In this document: positions 36,601 to 49,716 of the stretch, piece after piece
Numbering within the stretch: the first letter of the stretch is position 1
Layout: every line of letters starts with the position of its first letter
Source of the DNA: Catajapyx aquilonaris
Lineage: Eukaryota
Direction of reading: 5' to 3'
Length of the DNA stretch: 64,000 nucleotides
Assembly: GCA_000934665.2 (NCBI GenBank)
Contig: KZ537960.1
Location: 1 to 64,000 of the forward strand
Notes under the pieces: model-generated
The model's input: only the letters and a program-made list of their open reading frames with translations
Told to the model about the DNA's origin: nothing
Databases searched by the model: none
Position numbers and translations under genes: made by a program

Positions 36601-36736
36601 GTGGAGACTATTGCAGGTTTCGCCCAGGAAGGTCCTAGAGAGCTGCTTTCCGGAGGGGCCACCTCCCATTTCGGATTCGGATCTGCAGTGCCTCAAGGAT
36701 GATTTCCCTTGGGTGTCTTCCACAATCGGGTGTTAA
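18639..36736 (+). CDS. RSKR: Ribosomal S6 kinase-related AGC kinase (SGK494/RSKR, Drosophila S6KL-like), 10 exons: 18639-18797, 20342-20454, 20518-20638, 20707-20808, 20893-21016, 21108-21215, 21294-21452, 21533-21621, 36279-36497, 36617-36736
   Basis: Pre-kinase motif [18 protein letters not shown]-loop [38 protein letters not shown] and VDWWSLG. The C-lobe is completed only by the distant exons ([10 protein letters not shown]...EAFF), and phases match across the 14.7 kb intron. Confidence 0.88.
19265..20150. mobile_element. Non-autonomous foldback/TIR element in kinase intron 1
   Basis: ~64-bp inverted repeats (19265-19328 and 20087-20150); internal repeated motif CATGGAACRTAAAACC(GCACTATG) in both orientations. 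Confidence 0.7.
21890..22145 (+). mobile_element. SINE-like retroposon with RTE 5'UTR-like head
   Basis: CCATGACCCCAAGAGCTATGCCGG...GGTAAGGCCACCCAAGTCAGACAGGTC resembles the conserved 5' UTR of RTE-clade LINEs. It is followed by a polypyrimidine tract and a tail ending AATAAACCAAACC. Confidence 0.55.
23185..24628 (-). mobile_element. Non-autonomous Helitron
   Basis: Minus strand starts TC followed by a GTTT-rich microsatellite and ends with hairpin CCGGGCAACGCCAGG plus CTAG. Inserted between A and T with no TSD. Confidence 0.8.
23655..24216. mobile_element. pogo/Tigger-like MITE nested in the Helitron
   Basis: TA|CAGTAAAACTTCCATAAGTCGAA and right end TTCGACTTATGGAAGTTTTA (terminal bases eroded); internal TTCGAGTTA repeats. 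Confidence 0.7.
29484..30680 (-). CDS. Unrecognised 398-aa secreted, highly acidic low-complexity protein, nested antisense in kinase intron 8
   Basis: Long single-exon ORF with signal peptide [20 protein letters not shown]-rich with (EKSA)n repeats and a double stop TAG TGA. Splice acceptor TTTCCTCTCCAG lies 11 nt upstream of the ATG. Confidence 0.85.
   Translation of the reverse strand: MRPLIIILAVVGAALAAPAAQRSIPLVIGDYSSVASQNVPQQQPEAVVPVEQQPQDSVVPDVPAETATESSLVVDPPKEVTVQEEEEVPTEPPQAQEADSVPVERSEEVAAPEPPVQESVGEPEVPKEESVVEDNEVLPQPTDAPVSEEDAAVASGRSITTVEPEEPGTTQQPSRQQRQYEDDDEEDDDSESDEDEEDDDEDEDRRRKESEAQEVKDSAATLSPLEENQLDLTELNSSSKKKNKDKVKVKEESEQVDSEEDKSAEKSAEKSAEKSAEGVDLDRAALATSSSEEDDAKEHVFVEETEDGNKRIVLVRVSDPEDDDDDDDDDGPPGVVSRDDSGSDEEAEEDEERPEGREEGSRQVEDDEADDLMTDQDEAETNNQALFYVPVFGKEYEQ
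32541..32671 (-). promoter_or_regulatory. Putative TATA promoter and non-coding first exon of the nested acidic-protein gene
   Basis: TATATAAG at 32671-32664 and a consensus donor CAG|GTAAGT at 32541/32540, which can splice to the acceptor at 30692/30691. Confidence 0.6.
33265..33888. mobile_element. Tc1/mariner-type MITE with ~100-bp TIRs, left TIR interrupted by a SINE
   Basis: TA|CAGGGTGTAAATCCTAAGCGTGTCACCAGAAAAGATGG...CACCCTCACC and its reverse complement ending at 33888|TA. Confidence 0.88.
33285..33625 (+). mobile_element. Young tRNA-derived SINE
   Basis: Pol III A box TGGCGCAACGG (33298-33308), B box GGTTCGATCCC (33341-33351) and an (ATT)n tail; perfect 13-bp TSD TAAATCCTAAGCG at 33272-33284 and 33626-33638. 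Confidence 0.9.
35540..35557. other. Assembly gap (N run) preceded by poly-G
   Basis: 18 N bases inside kinase intron 8. Confidence 0.95.
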
Positions 36737-39700
36737 ATGTGCCAAATGGGGTGGGAAGCCCATGTGCTTCTGGATGAGGGAAAGATGGCGCTGGAAATTG
36801 CAGGATGAGACTGGAGACAAGAGAGTGAGGCCAACTGGCGAGAGGTGGTGGAATTTCGTGAGGGAACTAATCATTATGAGCAGGAGGTGAAATCGGCGAT
36901 GCTTCAGAGAGCACTAGTCTGTAGGTCTACTGTAGACTGCTTAGTATCCGGCTGAAAGAATGTCCTGTACAAATTGTAGGGTGGTGCAAAAATTCGGTGG
37001 GAATTTCTACTTAATTATACGAATATTAGCCATGCTGCCATCGATAATATCCTGGACGATAGGCAATCCATTTAGCAATTGTGTTTGGAGGTTGAAATAA
37101 CTAGCAGGATGGTCCATATTATATTATTGTTGGCATGCAATAATCACCGTATTGGAAACGATATTGCACATGCACCACCCAGATTGGCCCAATATGCAAT
37201 CAGGAAAATATAAACACTCAATTTCGTCAAAATTCATTGCGAACCATGACTGAAAGATGCTTGCGTGCTTTACGCACAATTTCGGCAAAATGCAACGCCC
37301 CCGAAATAGGTACTTTGTACTTTAGCTGGTTATTGCTCTTTCCTCTGGTATCAAATGAATCAGCAGCCGTCAACCCTTCGTGGAAACGGCCAATAGGACA
37401 GCATGGTTAGGGTAGGCTCTGCCAATATTTTAACGTCAAGTGCGAGACTATTACAGAACGCACGCCACATGAGCTGTCGCTGCAATCCGCTCTGCTTAAT
37501 CATGATGCGCCGCGTACAGAAGTAGTTCAAGTGCTATGGAAATTGCCTAGTCTCTTCCACATTATGTATAACGTAATGGTCCGTAACTGCGGATTTCCTT
37601 GATCTCACATACAACTGACTAGGAATTAATTCATGAAGATTTTGGTCCGTTTCCTCCAACAATGTCATAGCTTAAGCTGGGAAGGGAAATAAAATATTGG
37701 TGCACCATGCACCGTTGAGTATAGGTCTGATTTGATTATTGTTGGTGGATATGGTCTGTAATTGCTCAGTAACAGTAGGCTAACCGAACTTAATTTGCGT
37801 GTGCGCAATTATGCAGGTGTGGCGTAACAAAGCTCATTTTCTCATAATGGTACTTATGGGCTATTGTTGTAAAAAAAAACAGCACATGGTGTCATTTGGA
37901 GTGCCCTCCACAGAGGCAGCGAAGTGAATCGACGGTGCACCTTGAAAGAATGTGCATTGTTCAGCGACAAGCACCATGTGTTATATTTTCTTGAAAATCA
38001 TTCCGTCCTACTTTGTTAAACAGCTAATGCAATAATTATGATCCTGTTATTTTGCAACGAAGTATAACTGATTAGGTTATAATGAATAAAATCCGATATG
38101 GACAACTGGTCGCTTCTGTTTGCAGCATTTCACCTGTACCCCATCCTCTTTACTGTTTCCTGCTGTGCTATACTTTGAAAGTTCTGTCTTGCGTTCATTA
38201 GTGACTGTGGCAGATAGTGACTTGAAGAATTTAGTGAGTGTTGACATTTTCCCAGAAAAAGTTCTGTACAACGTATATAGGATTTGTAATACAAATCTTC
38301 TATTGTGTAGGAATATACTGTACAGTACGTGTATTATTCCCAATTCTTTACCATCATCATCTAACAAGCCCAGGGCTTTCAGTAGTGGCTTCGTAAAATA
38401 GGCACGTGGAGAAGGAATTATTAGGAATAAACTCTGCAGTTGGTTATGAAAATTACAGCGAAATGAGGCGCATCCCTTCAGGCAGTGCGTGACTTTGCCT
38501 TTCTCTACAAAACTTGTACCCGTACACATAATTACTCGGTATATATTATGCATAGAGTGGTTCCTATGTCACGTTGTAGGATTAATGATGCTAGTTTCAA
38601 CAATGTATTGCAACCCTTCTTTAACCTTTAGCATTGAAAGTAGGAGGCAATTAAGATGTATGATATTCAAGGTGGTCGATACGAGACCGGCTCTGGCGTG
38701 GAAAACAACACCCGCAGCAGGCGTGTATTAGTTTGTGGGTGTTTCAAAATTCGTGCAGGGGTAGCAAGGCTTCTCTAGGAACATTTAACTAGGAAAACAC
38801 TGCACTGTATATAGGCTACACGCTACAGTATAAGACGAGTAGAGCAGTGTCTGTGCTGGAAGGGTTTGGATGGGCACTTTGCTCTGTTTAAGTGGCTTTC
38901 CTGACGAGTGAAGTGTTCTCATGTATCTACCGCGAGACATGTGTAGAATTTCAGGTGATGTGTACAGGGTGAGCAAGTCTTTGTTTCTGCCAAGAATGAA
39001 AATGCTCTGAATAATATTTGTTTTTTTTTTCTGGGAATGATACCGTTCCCGTCGGAATTGCAGGGAATATCCTAGCAGTTATGCGGCCCCCAAGGCGCGG
39101 GACCGGTTGTCTATGCATCAGGATATTCTCTATTATTCACTCGAGGATGTTATCAAAATTTAATTTCCGCAGCACGATGTAATGATGTCTCCCAGCAGGC
39201 AGAAGCATTTTGAATAGACCAGGGAATAGTCGTACCTGCCTATTATGGATGAATGGCTGACCTTTGGGTAAGGGTTATCCACAAATGCTTATCCTGTACT
39301 TCTCCTGCGTTTTTATCCAAAGAAACCCACCATATTTTATATTGTGTGGAATTTTTTGCCGGATCCAGTGTCTGCAATCAATATCGAATGGTAGCCATTA
39401 ACGAAGCATCTCCCGGCTCTCTTATAGGCAAGTTTTTACATTACTGGAACAGAGCTTTACCTGATAGAAAGGACTGTGGAAATGCAAGAGATCTCAACCA
39501 TCAAATTAATTGCCTGTTTTAAACGGTGCAGTTGTATACTCCGGTAGCTTGACACAACATGTCCTTTACAGAGACATGCGTATGCATCCTTCCCTCAGAA
39601 ATAATTTCAACGTTATCGATCACCACATTTATTGGACGGGAGTAAAATACAAAAATAGTTGCTTCAGACGCGAGACGACATGCGTTCAAGTAGCATTGGC

Positions 39701-39792
39701 TGGAAATGGAAGGCTTGAACGACATAATCGCAAACGAGCATCGACACAAAATAACGTTGAATATGTATAATAGTTGATCACAACGACAGTTA

Positions 39793-41253
39793 CTACTGCT
39801 TTCGACTTCTTCGTGAAGATGATTCGCTGCTGCTCTTGACCAGAAGCCTCCGAGGGATGCCTTTAGCCTTGGTCTCTGACGACGTAAATCTATGCACACA
39901 CCTCATATAGTCGAGAGCCAACCCTACCCACCAGCACGGATCTCCCATGCTCTTCAGGAAGCCGCAATGGCCACCTTTGTCAGTAAGAACCAAAAACAAG
40001 TTGGGATAGACATTGAACAGCTCTGTTGGTATGTTCTGCACGCTGATGACAGGGTCGTCACGGCTGTGGATGGCCAGCAACGGGACTGATATTTCATCCA
40101 CGTCTCGGACAGGATTGTTGGCTTCCCAGTAACTCTGCAGGTCCGGCTCTTCGCTGAAGGGCAAGTAGGCATGCTCCTCTAGCTTCGATAGTGTAGGAGA
40201 GTAGAACAGCACCCTTTCCAGACACAGAGTCTTCTGCAACACGCCAGCGTGCCTCAGAAACAGTGCTTTGTGGCGATGCAGCCACAAGGAGTGATAGATA
40301 GAAGAGGGCGCGTGTTGAGGGTTGCTCAGCAGGCTTCTCTCCGCATCCCACACCGTTGACACAAGCACGGCAACGGTCAGGTACGACGAGCTTCCATATT
40401 CTCCCAGGTAGGACAGCAACAGGCCTCCTCCTGAGCTGACCCCAACAGCGCAGAGTTTGGCCCGCGGATATTTGGCATTCAGATACATCATCACCTGAAA
40501 CGAATTGGTCCGGAGTTATATATTGTCTGAATAATTTTTGCCACGTTACTGTATACCTGACGTAGGTCCGAAGGGTCCCCGAAAGTTTGTAGTCTTGGAG
40601 ATGCGAGTGGCGTGTCTGCCCACCCTCTCCGGTTGAACACAACAGGTCGGAAGCCCCTCCGGAGGGCCTCGAAGCAGGTACTGGAGAATGAGGTGGCGTT
40701 CGGGAAGAGTGCTCCGGGTACTATGAGTAGTACTGGGTTGTCCGCCTTCAGGACCTTCCTCTGATTCTGGGGACGGAGGCAGCTGCTACGTATACTGGGA
40801 ATAACACATGGAAAATAATGCTTCACAAACACATACAACGGGGATTGGGAGTGGACAACCTACCGGGTGGGACATGTGCCGGGATGTGCTGTACAACCTC
40901 GGTCCTAATGAGGCCCAATCAAGTGAAACCAGGCCGTGGTCATTGAGCGAAAGTATCTCCCTCTGGAACAAGACCGGAGCCTGGGTCGCCAGAAAGGGCC
41001 ATAGGACACTCTGAAGGTGGGGGCTCTTGCACCAGGCCTGCATCGGAAAGTGGCTCTTGCTAGACCCTCCGTCCAGGGTGTCCAGCAGGTACCGGGCCAG
41101 AGCCGATTCCTTGTAGTGGAAGGAGGTCTCCACCATGTCGTACTGGCCCAGCTTGAGTAGAAGGTGCACCAAGGAGGCCGTCACTAGCACCACCATACTC
41201 ATCAGGTTCACCGGAGTGAACACAAGCGTCGAGATCCAATACTCCACGTCCAT
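39793..41253 (-). CDS. ABHD15: Alpha/beta hydrolase, ABHD15-like, 3 coding exons: 40864-41253, 40557-40766, 39793-40494
   Basis: N-terminal TM segment, SPHLQSV, REILSLNDHGLVSLDW, VVFNRRG, RLQTFGDPSDL, GVSSGGGLLLSYLGEYGSSSY, SRDDPV and GGHCGF. GT-AG introns are in phase. Confidence 0.85.
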
Positions 41254-44200
41254 TACGAGACACTCGTCAAGTGTCAAATGGGACGGCACTCTCCATCCTC
41301 GTTTTCCGGCTCTCTATGCTGGCATTCCTGTGTGGAACAAAGACAAAGTGTGGGGTCAGGCTGGATCGAATATCATGGAAGCGCGTTGCATTATCATCAT
41401 CATTTACTGGCAGAAATAGTAATGGATAAAAATCTACTTATGGAAAAATGCCAGCGTGCACAATATTATCGGTAAGCCTCTGTCATTTCAAGAGCAACCA
41501 TTTTCATCCTGTGTCACCCGCTACTGTCAAAACCGCCTTGCTATGTGGGTAGCGTTCTGACTAGGATAAAGTAATGTGTTTACTTTTCGTCGACAGCTTC
41601 ACAATAGATCGGTTTCCAATGATTCCAACGGGGTCGCGAGTTGAAGCTACCCACTTATGCGACTTTAGATAGTAAGGCGTATCTTTTGACAAAGATGGAA
41701 ACGCTAAATCGTGAAGCTGAAACCTAATCCTCTTGCGCTGACACAATTGATCTTTCTGGTGTTTGTTCTCGTTGCAGTCAGGGAGGAGCACTCATCAATG
41801 CAGATTACATGTTTCAAACTCCATTAACCTCATCATTGTCGAGAAGGGGCAATATTGTGATAAATGAAGAGTTTCGGTGCGAAGTTGGCCTCTACAGGGT
41901 GCGCCAACATTGCAATCGATGAAGCTCCTCATTTATGTGGACAAACTGTGTGTGTTGGACAGTAGCATTTGGAAGTCTGCCACACTAGATGGCCTTGCTG
42001 ATTAGCATGAGCCTGATTTTTAGCTTCTTAAGTCGCTAGCAGACTTGAGACAAAGTGGCCTGTGAAATGGTGCTCTTTAATGATGAAATAACGCCACCGG
42101 GATGGAATTACTACACTGCATTACCGCGTCCTAACAGAGCTTGTCACATTACATCCCTTGAGAATTTTCTCCAATTTTCGTGGACTTAAGCTATAGCTCG
42201 GATTATCCGAGACCATGTAAGATTGTAAGTGGTATAGCCGATTAATTTTACAACGAGTTTTCGACTTGTAATGAAAACGTGCCGTACCTATACAACTCCA
42301 GCTTTCCAATAGTGTAAAAAGCATTGGAACTGGACCTTGACCATACCCGAATGATGTACAGAAACTTTAACCTTCCAGCCTGATACATCATGCACAGTTT
42401 GAACGTGGTCGTGTTTCAATAGAACCGCGAAATTGACTTTGGTTGATTATGTTGGCCTAGAGTTACTTTAAATTCTCTCCGCCGAAGGCTCTATCTCATT
42501 TCCAATTACAAGAAGCATGCAGCACACCAAAGGGACCTACAGTTTTGTGGCGGATTAGGCCCCTGGTAATTGAGGTGCTGTGGAAGGGTTGAAAGTATAG
42601 GAAACCTATCAGAGTCAACCTGCCATTTGCAATCGTGCCGTGTATCTTGTTCAAAAATCGTAACTCTAGCCACAAAAGTCGTTTCGCGCCAAACTTGGCC
42701 GAAAGTTGGCGAAGTGCTGGAGATCTATGTCTCGAGAGACGGGGCAATTCTGAAAAGTTGTTAATCTTTGGCGACGAAATGAAGAAGCTATCCACAATGG
42801 ATCTTGATGCCAACTTCTTGGAGAAATCCAGAACATATTTGGATTTTTGACAATTTATTACAAGTTGGAATGTCCTTATTGTACGGCATAAATATGTTGG
42901 ATCTCACGGGTATCGTTGTAAGCCATATTCGGCAGCGTCAAGTTGAGGATGTCATCTGGCACTGAATCGATTGAATTCTCACAAGGAGCTGTGAATCGAT
43001 TCTGCATTACGGGTGGACCTCTCTGCAGTTTGATTATAGTTCCCGCAAGGTTTTGGCATCCAAAACTACGTGGGTGGCACTTGCATTTTTTTTCTCACGA
43101 TAGCGGTTGGACCTCACCTGTGACTGAATTTTCGAAATGTCAATCCAGACGACACTTTTGACATTACGAACTCGGCAGCATGTTGCAATGGGATTCAGCA
43201 AAATATGATAAAATCTGCATAAAAATGAGGCACCCGCATGATTGCATAATGTTGTGCAAATGTATGGTACGTTCCGAAAATCTGTTCAAAATCAAACTTT
43301 ACTTGGCTGCTTAAATGCAGATGGAAATAATGGGTTTAGTGAAGAACCCTAAATTAGTTCGCCGTCATTTAGAGGGATATTCATGGTGACCTCCTAAGGA
43401 GCTGAAGCATTAGTTTTCAGTGTTTTGGGACACTCCCAGCTGGTGTCCCTCCTAATGGATAACGAAAGGAAAGACCCCCTCGGGTGACACGACAGAAGCT
43501 CACCATATATACCGGACTCTCGATATCAGCCAGACTGCAGGGTCTTTTTTTCCCATACTCTAACACAAAAGTCGCATTTCTCGGAAATGGAGTTGCGATC
43601 CTGGCCATTCTAGCCCTAATGCCTCCACACTATCGGACTGCCCCCGTGCAATTTCCGTTGAAGCGAAGAACCCGTCAGGACCAGGTGAAACCAGTCGGAT
43701 AATAAAGCCGCAGTCTGAACGGAGTATAGGTTCGCCATTCTTACGTGAGACTTAAGACCTAACCTGACGTAAGACCGAACCTGACTAATTCGTAGACATA
43801 TCAGAGCAGTGAGAACGCACTGCATCAGGACGTTAATGTCGCCTATAGATCCAGCCGGAAACAATGTGCTTAACTGGGCAATGTGAGCCTAGGGACCATT
43901 CAGAGGGTGTGATGTGTATAAATAATATTACGTAATGAGAACGGTTGTTTGGGGAAATGAAACGACGCTGTGGTTGGCCTTCAGAAGGGCAGGCTTCCCC
44001 ATCAGCCGACTTTCGCCCCTGTAAATGTTGCTCGTTTGTATAGCCATAGGCGGCCTTTCCAGTACTGCGTTCGTTAGTACAAGTTCTAGGGCTGCTCCTA
44101 ATTATTCATAAACTGGCACCGTACAGGTGGAGTGCTCAAGCTTTCTATTTATCCATCTGCACAGAGAGGAGATTATAAAGAGAGCCTCCGGACGTCATAT

Positions 44201-47200
44201 TCGAAATGGCCTTTGGAAATTTTATTTGCATACGTCTACAGAATCTCGTAGGTGTTTCAGGTCGTGGTGTTAGTTCTAAGATGTTGAGTACCAGTTATCT
44301 TATCAGCTGTGCAAGTGTCATATTTAAAATTATTAATTACGAATATAAAGCGATGGTCAAAATATGTGAGAATTTTCAAAAATGACACAGACGGTAAGGG
44401 TGACATGAAGATACCTGTATAGATTCTCCCTAGAGCTCTTTATTACTTGCTTGAATTTGGAATTGGGGGGTATTTATTAGAAACAAATAATAATCAAACA
44501 AATAACATCCTTCGCACACATAATTAATGTATGTTTAATTCCATGCCCATTTTAGGACAAACAAACATTATAACACCCCAATTTCGGAACGGAATAAAAT
44601 TGAACCTATTTTAAAAATAAGGTAGCCAGCATCAAAATTCCTCCCTAGCGTCTATTTGACTGCAACTCAAGGCCAGGAAAGACTATAAATGTTGACGCAA
44701 CATTCGTATCAAAAGGCCTAGCGAATGGTTTATAATCGCTGGGCCCACCCGCACAATTAGTCCCTAACAAGGGTCTTTGTATTAAGTTAGTCAGCTGCGT
44801 TACGCCCCGGGTGTCCGCCCCAGGCCTCCACCTAATGCTGTTTATGTGTGCCGAGGTTCCCTGCAAACTTCGGCCCTACCTCAAAGTCAACTTAGGAGAA
44901 GTCGTGACGTCTGTGGCCTCGACAGGTGCGTTTCAGGAAAACCAAGCTTCGACATAGTATAGGTATACCACCATAGAGACAAAAGGCGGCCACAGCAAAA
45001 GCAAATACGCCATTTGTAGGCGGAAGAATCGGGCCTCGGTCACCATGGTGATGATCATTAGACTGAGAAATTTTACGTGCCAAGAAGAAAAGGCCCCTTT
45101 TCCTTGCTTCCGGACTATTGCCCTGGAGATGACACTTTGATCCGGGGCATAATGTTATGTCGGAGGAGAACTTGGATTTTCTGATGGGACGTCTCTGCTT
45201 TGTGGACCTTTTCCAACGACGCACCACAATGAGGTTGATTTGGCAGGGTTACAATAGTGGAATCACTAATTTTATGCTTATTTAATTTTAATTTTCCCTT
45301 AAATTTACTAATTACTGTCTTCTCTAGAAATGTATGGCTTAAGTCCTTCGCTAATGAGAAATTTAGGGTGAAACAGTGCACCAGTCAATTTCTGACCATT
45401 TGCACTGTATCAACCCGACAGTTTCAGACCCACAATTTTATTTACACTGTGGCTAGAAAGTGGGCGAGACTGTGGTGTCCTTTCCGCCAGCTATATTTAC
45501 AAATCCTACATATGGTTTACAACTCGACATTGTACTGCTGACATATGGCCTCAATTTATTCCTCAGAAAACACACAACGGAATGAGAACGTAAATAATGA
45601 AACTCACAATAATTAAAAGCTCAGTGACGTGTCAGTATTTTTGTCAAATCATAAGTTCCATTCCCAAATCATACTTTTAAAACCACCCCAGTCACCTCCT
45701 GGCACGTAAAGGTCAAACTATCGACACATTACAAACGGGCTAAAAAGTCATAATGTGCTATCCAAACCGCAAAATCAGCTGGCCGTCCCCACGCTTTCCT
45801 GGCTCTCTAAAGGTCACACTCTGGTCAAAAGTACTAATGATCTTCTGTTTTTTTTGTGCTACACCTAACCGTACTCTGGTACAGCCTATTCAGCATCCTT
45901 CGCCCTCACCCGAAATTAACGACATGCAGAACGACGACGAATTCGCCAACACCCCCCATTTTTTTGTGTCTGGTGTTAACAAATTCTGCGAACACCATCC
46001 TTCTTTCCAATTAGCATCGCTGCAAGGCTTAAATTACCGCCCCAGGCGTGTCAGATGGCAAGCGAGGTGAATATACAACGGCACGAGCCGTACATGTATG
46101 CACTTTTTTTTGTGTGCATTTGAAACCTGACGTGACATCAAGAACAAATGACAAGCTTCTGGTTATTCAATTTGTCGTCGAATTAAACGCGATCTCTTAG
46201 ATCAAATTGACTGATGGTCATTTCCATACAATGCATGATAGAATATCTTTTTTTTTTGTCAATATCCGGTAATGTCACGCAATATTGCAAGGTCGGGTGT
46301 TGTACGAGTCTGCACTTTACCAGTATTTATTTTGAAACTGGCAGTGTAAACAGAGCCTCTATAACGATTTAATGAAATGCTCTCACAGTGTTTACAGCAG
46401 ACTATGAGGGGTTTTGTGACTGGTCTTTGACGTCAGACCTAAGTTTACAGTCCAGTATATATATGGAAGGAAACATATACATCTGACCTCCCAAGTTTTA
46501 AGACCGGTTTAAACCTGTAAAATTCCGATATGCTAACGACATGTTTGGTGCACATTTGAATGCCGATTTATAGGGATATTAAAGCTCTTTCGACCCATTG
46601 AGTCGATGCTAAAGGTTACAGTATGGGATTAACTTTCGTGCTAGTATAAACTTTACACCTGTGCTGGTTACACGCATGGATGGTCGCTTGCTGGATATTG
46701 ATTGAGCCTCGGTTTTATTTCCAGGGGCGATTTAAATATTGCGATTCTGAAGGGGAAATTTAAATCAGAATATTTTATGCAAGGCTGACTGTTATAAATG
46801 GGTCGATTTATCTTTTTTTTTTTCCTGTGGAACCATATCGTATTTCCAGGATTAATTTCGTAATGTTAGATTTATCGCCTATTAATTCAGGCGAACTTGG
46901 CCGTGTAATTTATGTTTCGGCATAGTTTAAAACGACCGTGTAATAAACAGTCAATATTTAATAACCGGTCGTATATATTGGTGTCGATAATGTTCATGAC
47001 AACAGCACGTCATCCCACGTCACTATCTGCTGAAATGTACGAAATGATAGACTTGCCCCCAAAAAAACATTTGCTATAGATCCCCCCCAGGGCCATAGTA
47101 ACCGATATCTGCCCCGGCCTGCCTGAATATTCACAACCCGCAAGTGTCAGGAACACGATGTTAATCGAACAAATGAAGGCTGCATGTGTTCGGCAAGTGT

Positions 47201-49479
47201 ATGTGACGATGTGATGGCATCCACTTGCTCCTTTAATGTTTGACTTGACCTTTTCCATGAATTGAGCCGGTGCCACGTCGCCTGCATAGTGTGCAACAAG
47301 ACAAGCCTAAGTCGAAATAAAACCAACTATATATAGGATATGGACATCATTGGGCAGGAAAAGCGAATTTTCGTAGCCCCATCAAGCTGTAGTTTGCTAA
47401 GTAGTAGGCCACGTAGTCATCTCTGGCTGAATATGAATGGCCGAAAGGCCTTTGTTGAACTTATGCAAACGATTTCATTAACCAGCAGACTTAGGAATCC
47501 AAGAATCGTGCGCACGTTGAAAACACAGCTGCAAGAATTCCGGTCTGGAGAATGGTATGCAAATTCATCTGAGAAGTCGGCTTCCAACTAGTCTGATCGT
47601 TAGATTTTCAATTAGAGATAACGACGTTCGATATTACTTTCCGGTACGTTGTTTCATTTTGGATCTACGTCACATTTATTATGGGTTGAGCGACGGTTGT
47701 TTACTTGTTTGCTGACATCCTACATCCTGCCCTATTCACAGGGAGATAACGACATTCAGGGTCTATAGAAACTATTATTACTTGGCGCCTAGCACTTCCA
47801 CTTCATCCGTCCAAATTGTTGTTTATTTATGCATACCATTATCTGGGAGCTTGGACAGTGAACAACCCGGTACATCAAACAACATTGATTTATACATCAC
47901 CTTGGTGACTAATGCGTGTCTCCAACCGAGCAAAATAGGTTACAAATTTCACCACTGGCCTGGCTTTTAGCACCAATTTTATCCAGTACAAACTAACCCT
48001 AATTCCACAGGACTTGATAAATGTTGTTTTAACAACCCCAACACACCACTTAACTAGCACGTACAAGCATGTCTAGACAGCTGTTTACCGTGTGTTTACC
48101 CGTTCACACTCTCTATCTAACCCAATTTAATCACACTTAGCAACATTTCCCACACTCCACTTTTGTTCCTCAAGAAAAAAAAAAGTAGGAGTTCCTTTAT
48201 GGAGCTATCTGGATCCAGGCCCACAACTGTTGGCAGTCAACCCAACTTTTTCCCCTTTAGTTCAACAAGGCTGTATCAGCAGCGTGCCAATAAGGCCCGG
48301 AAACGATTGAACTATTCCATCTAAAAAAACATAGTACTTACTGTGTATGTCCATGTTGAGGTCCGTGAGTGCAGGGAGGCTAGGGTGCGCCAGGCCTCTC
48401 CGGCGGAACCTCCAAAACTGCGCCTCTCCGTTTCAAGCAGCCGCCTTTTTCCTAGGGGCAGGCGCCAAGGCACTGTTGCCAGACTGGGCCAGTATGTATG
48501 ACTGTGAATACGGGGCCAGTCCTTGCCAAGGAAAAATCGAGGGAAAATATTGTATTTTAATAATAGTTATTGCAGTAACAATAGTTATGGTATTGATAGT
48601 AGCTGATAATAATAGTTACGTTTTGATAATAGTTATGATAATATTAGTTAGAAATTTGTCGTTTGGGTACGCTATAGTTCTGAAACGGGCTGCTGACATA
48701 TCTCAGCATCACGTTCCGGGCTGTCTGTCACGTTCCATTCGGTATCGGCAGGCACAGTTCTCCAATCTCATTATAAACTGAAGTTTGCGCTTTTCGTGAA
48801 GAAGCTAATGACCATTTCGTGCCTGCCTTTCGGGATGGCTCTTGAAATGACTATGCGTGAAATGGTGTATGCGGATTGCTCCTCTGAGATGTGGGTAAAC
48901 GGTGCTTAGTACTATCCGCTTGTTCCGGGTTGATGGATGCAAATATGATCATCCTTTTGGAGAAAGGAATTTCGATTTATAGCCGTCTGGTTGCGGTCTC
49001 ATAACCTGGCCTGTGCACTCGCGAAACTTGGAGTGTAACTTGGTGTAATTACTTTTGCACTTAGAGAGGAGCCCTTTGAACAAGGAGATTGGCGTGGGGA
49101 GGGGGGTATTCAATCTGCGGAATTCCTTGGAAGCCCGGAGGCTACCTGGGACAATTTTCTATACCACTCATCATCTTCCTCAGTCCTGTATAATAAACCA
49201 CAGTATCCTCTGGAATTCTAGGGTAATGAGGGATATGAAATTGAGCAGCAGTCGTTTCGCTCTGCTGTGGTCGTATCTGATCTTGGTTTGCATAATATTG
49301 TTGAGGATCCTTCAACGGGAGTTCAAGGGTATAATCCAGCAGGTGGAATAGTTATTCATATCTCCTAGCTATAGCCTGCAAGCGGCAGTGATATGTATAT
49401 GCAATTACCAATAATGTCAAACATGCAATAATTAACGAGGCTATTGGCAATAACAGTTTGTTTCATCTCCGGTCGTAAT

Positions 49480-49716
49480 TTAGTGGGTGTACTCATGAGA
49501 TAATACGTGACTCTGAAAGGCTTCAGTGGATCGCAGTTTCTTCTGCCTTATCTTAGAATCTGAAGAGCAGCTTTCCTTTGTTCCTTCTTCATTTCTTTCC
49601 ATTAGCCCACTCTGATGGACCTGTATACGACGGCAGTCACAAAAGCAAGGGTAGGATTGCATATGCTCTACTAGTGCTTCAAGCCAAAGCTCCTTAGAAT
49701 CATACTTAGAATTCAT
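49480..49716 (-). pseudogene. Possible degenerate MADF/Myb-SANT-like fragment (Harbinger ORF remnant?)
   Basis: EALVEHMQSYPCFCDC resembles the MADF start LIxxVxxxPCLWD; a WKEM and a KLRS segment follow, with WKEM in a shifted frame containing stops. Confidence 0.25.
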
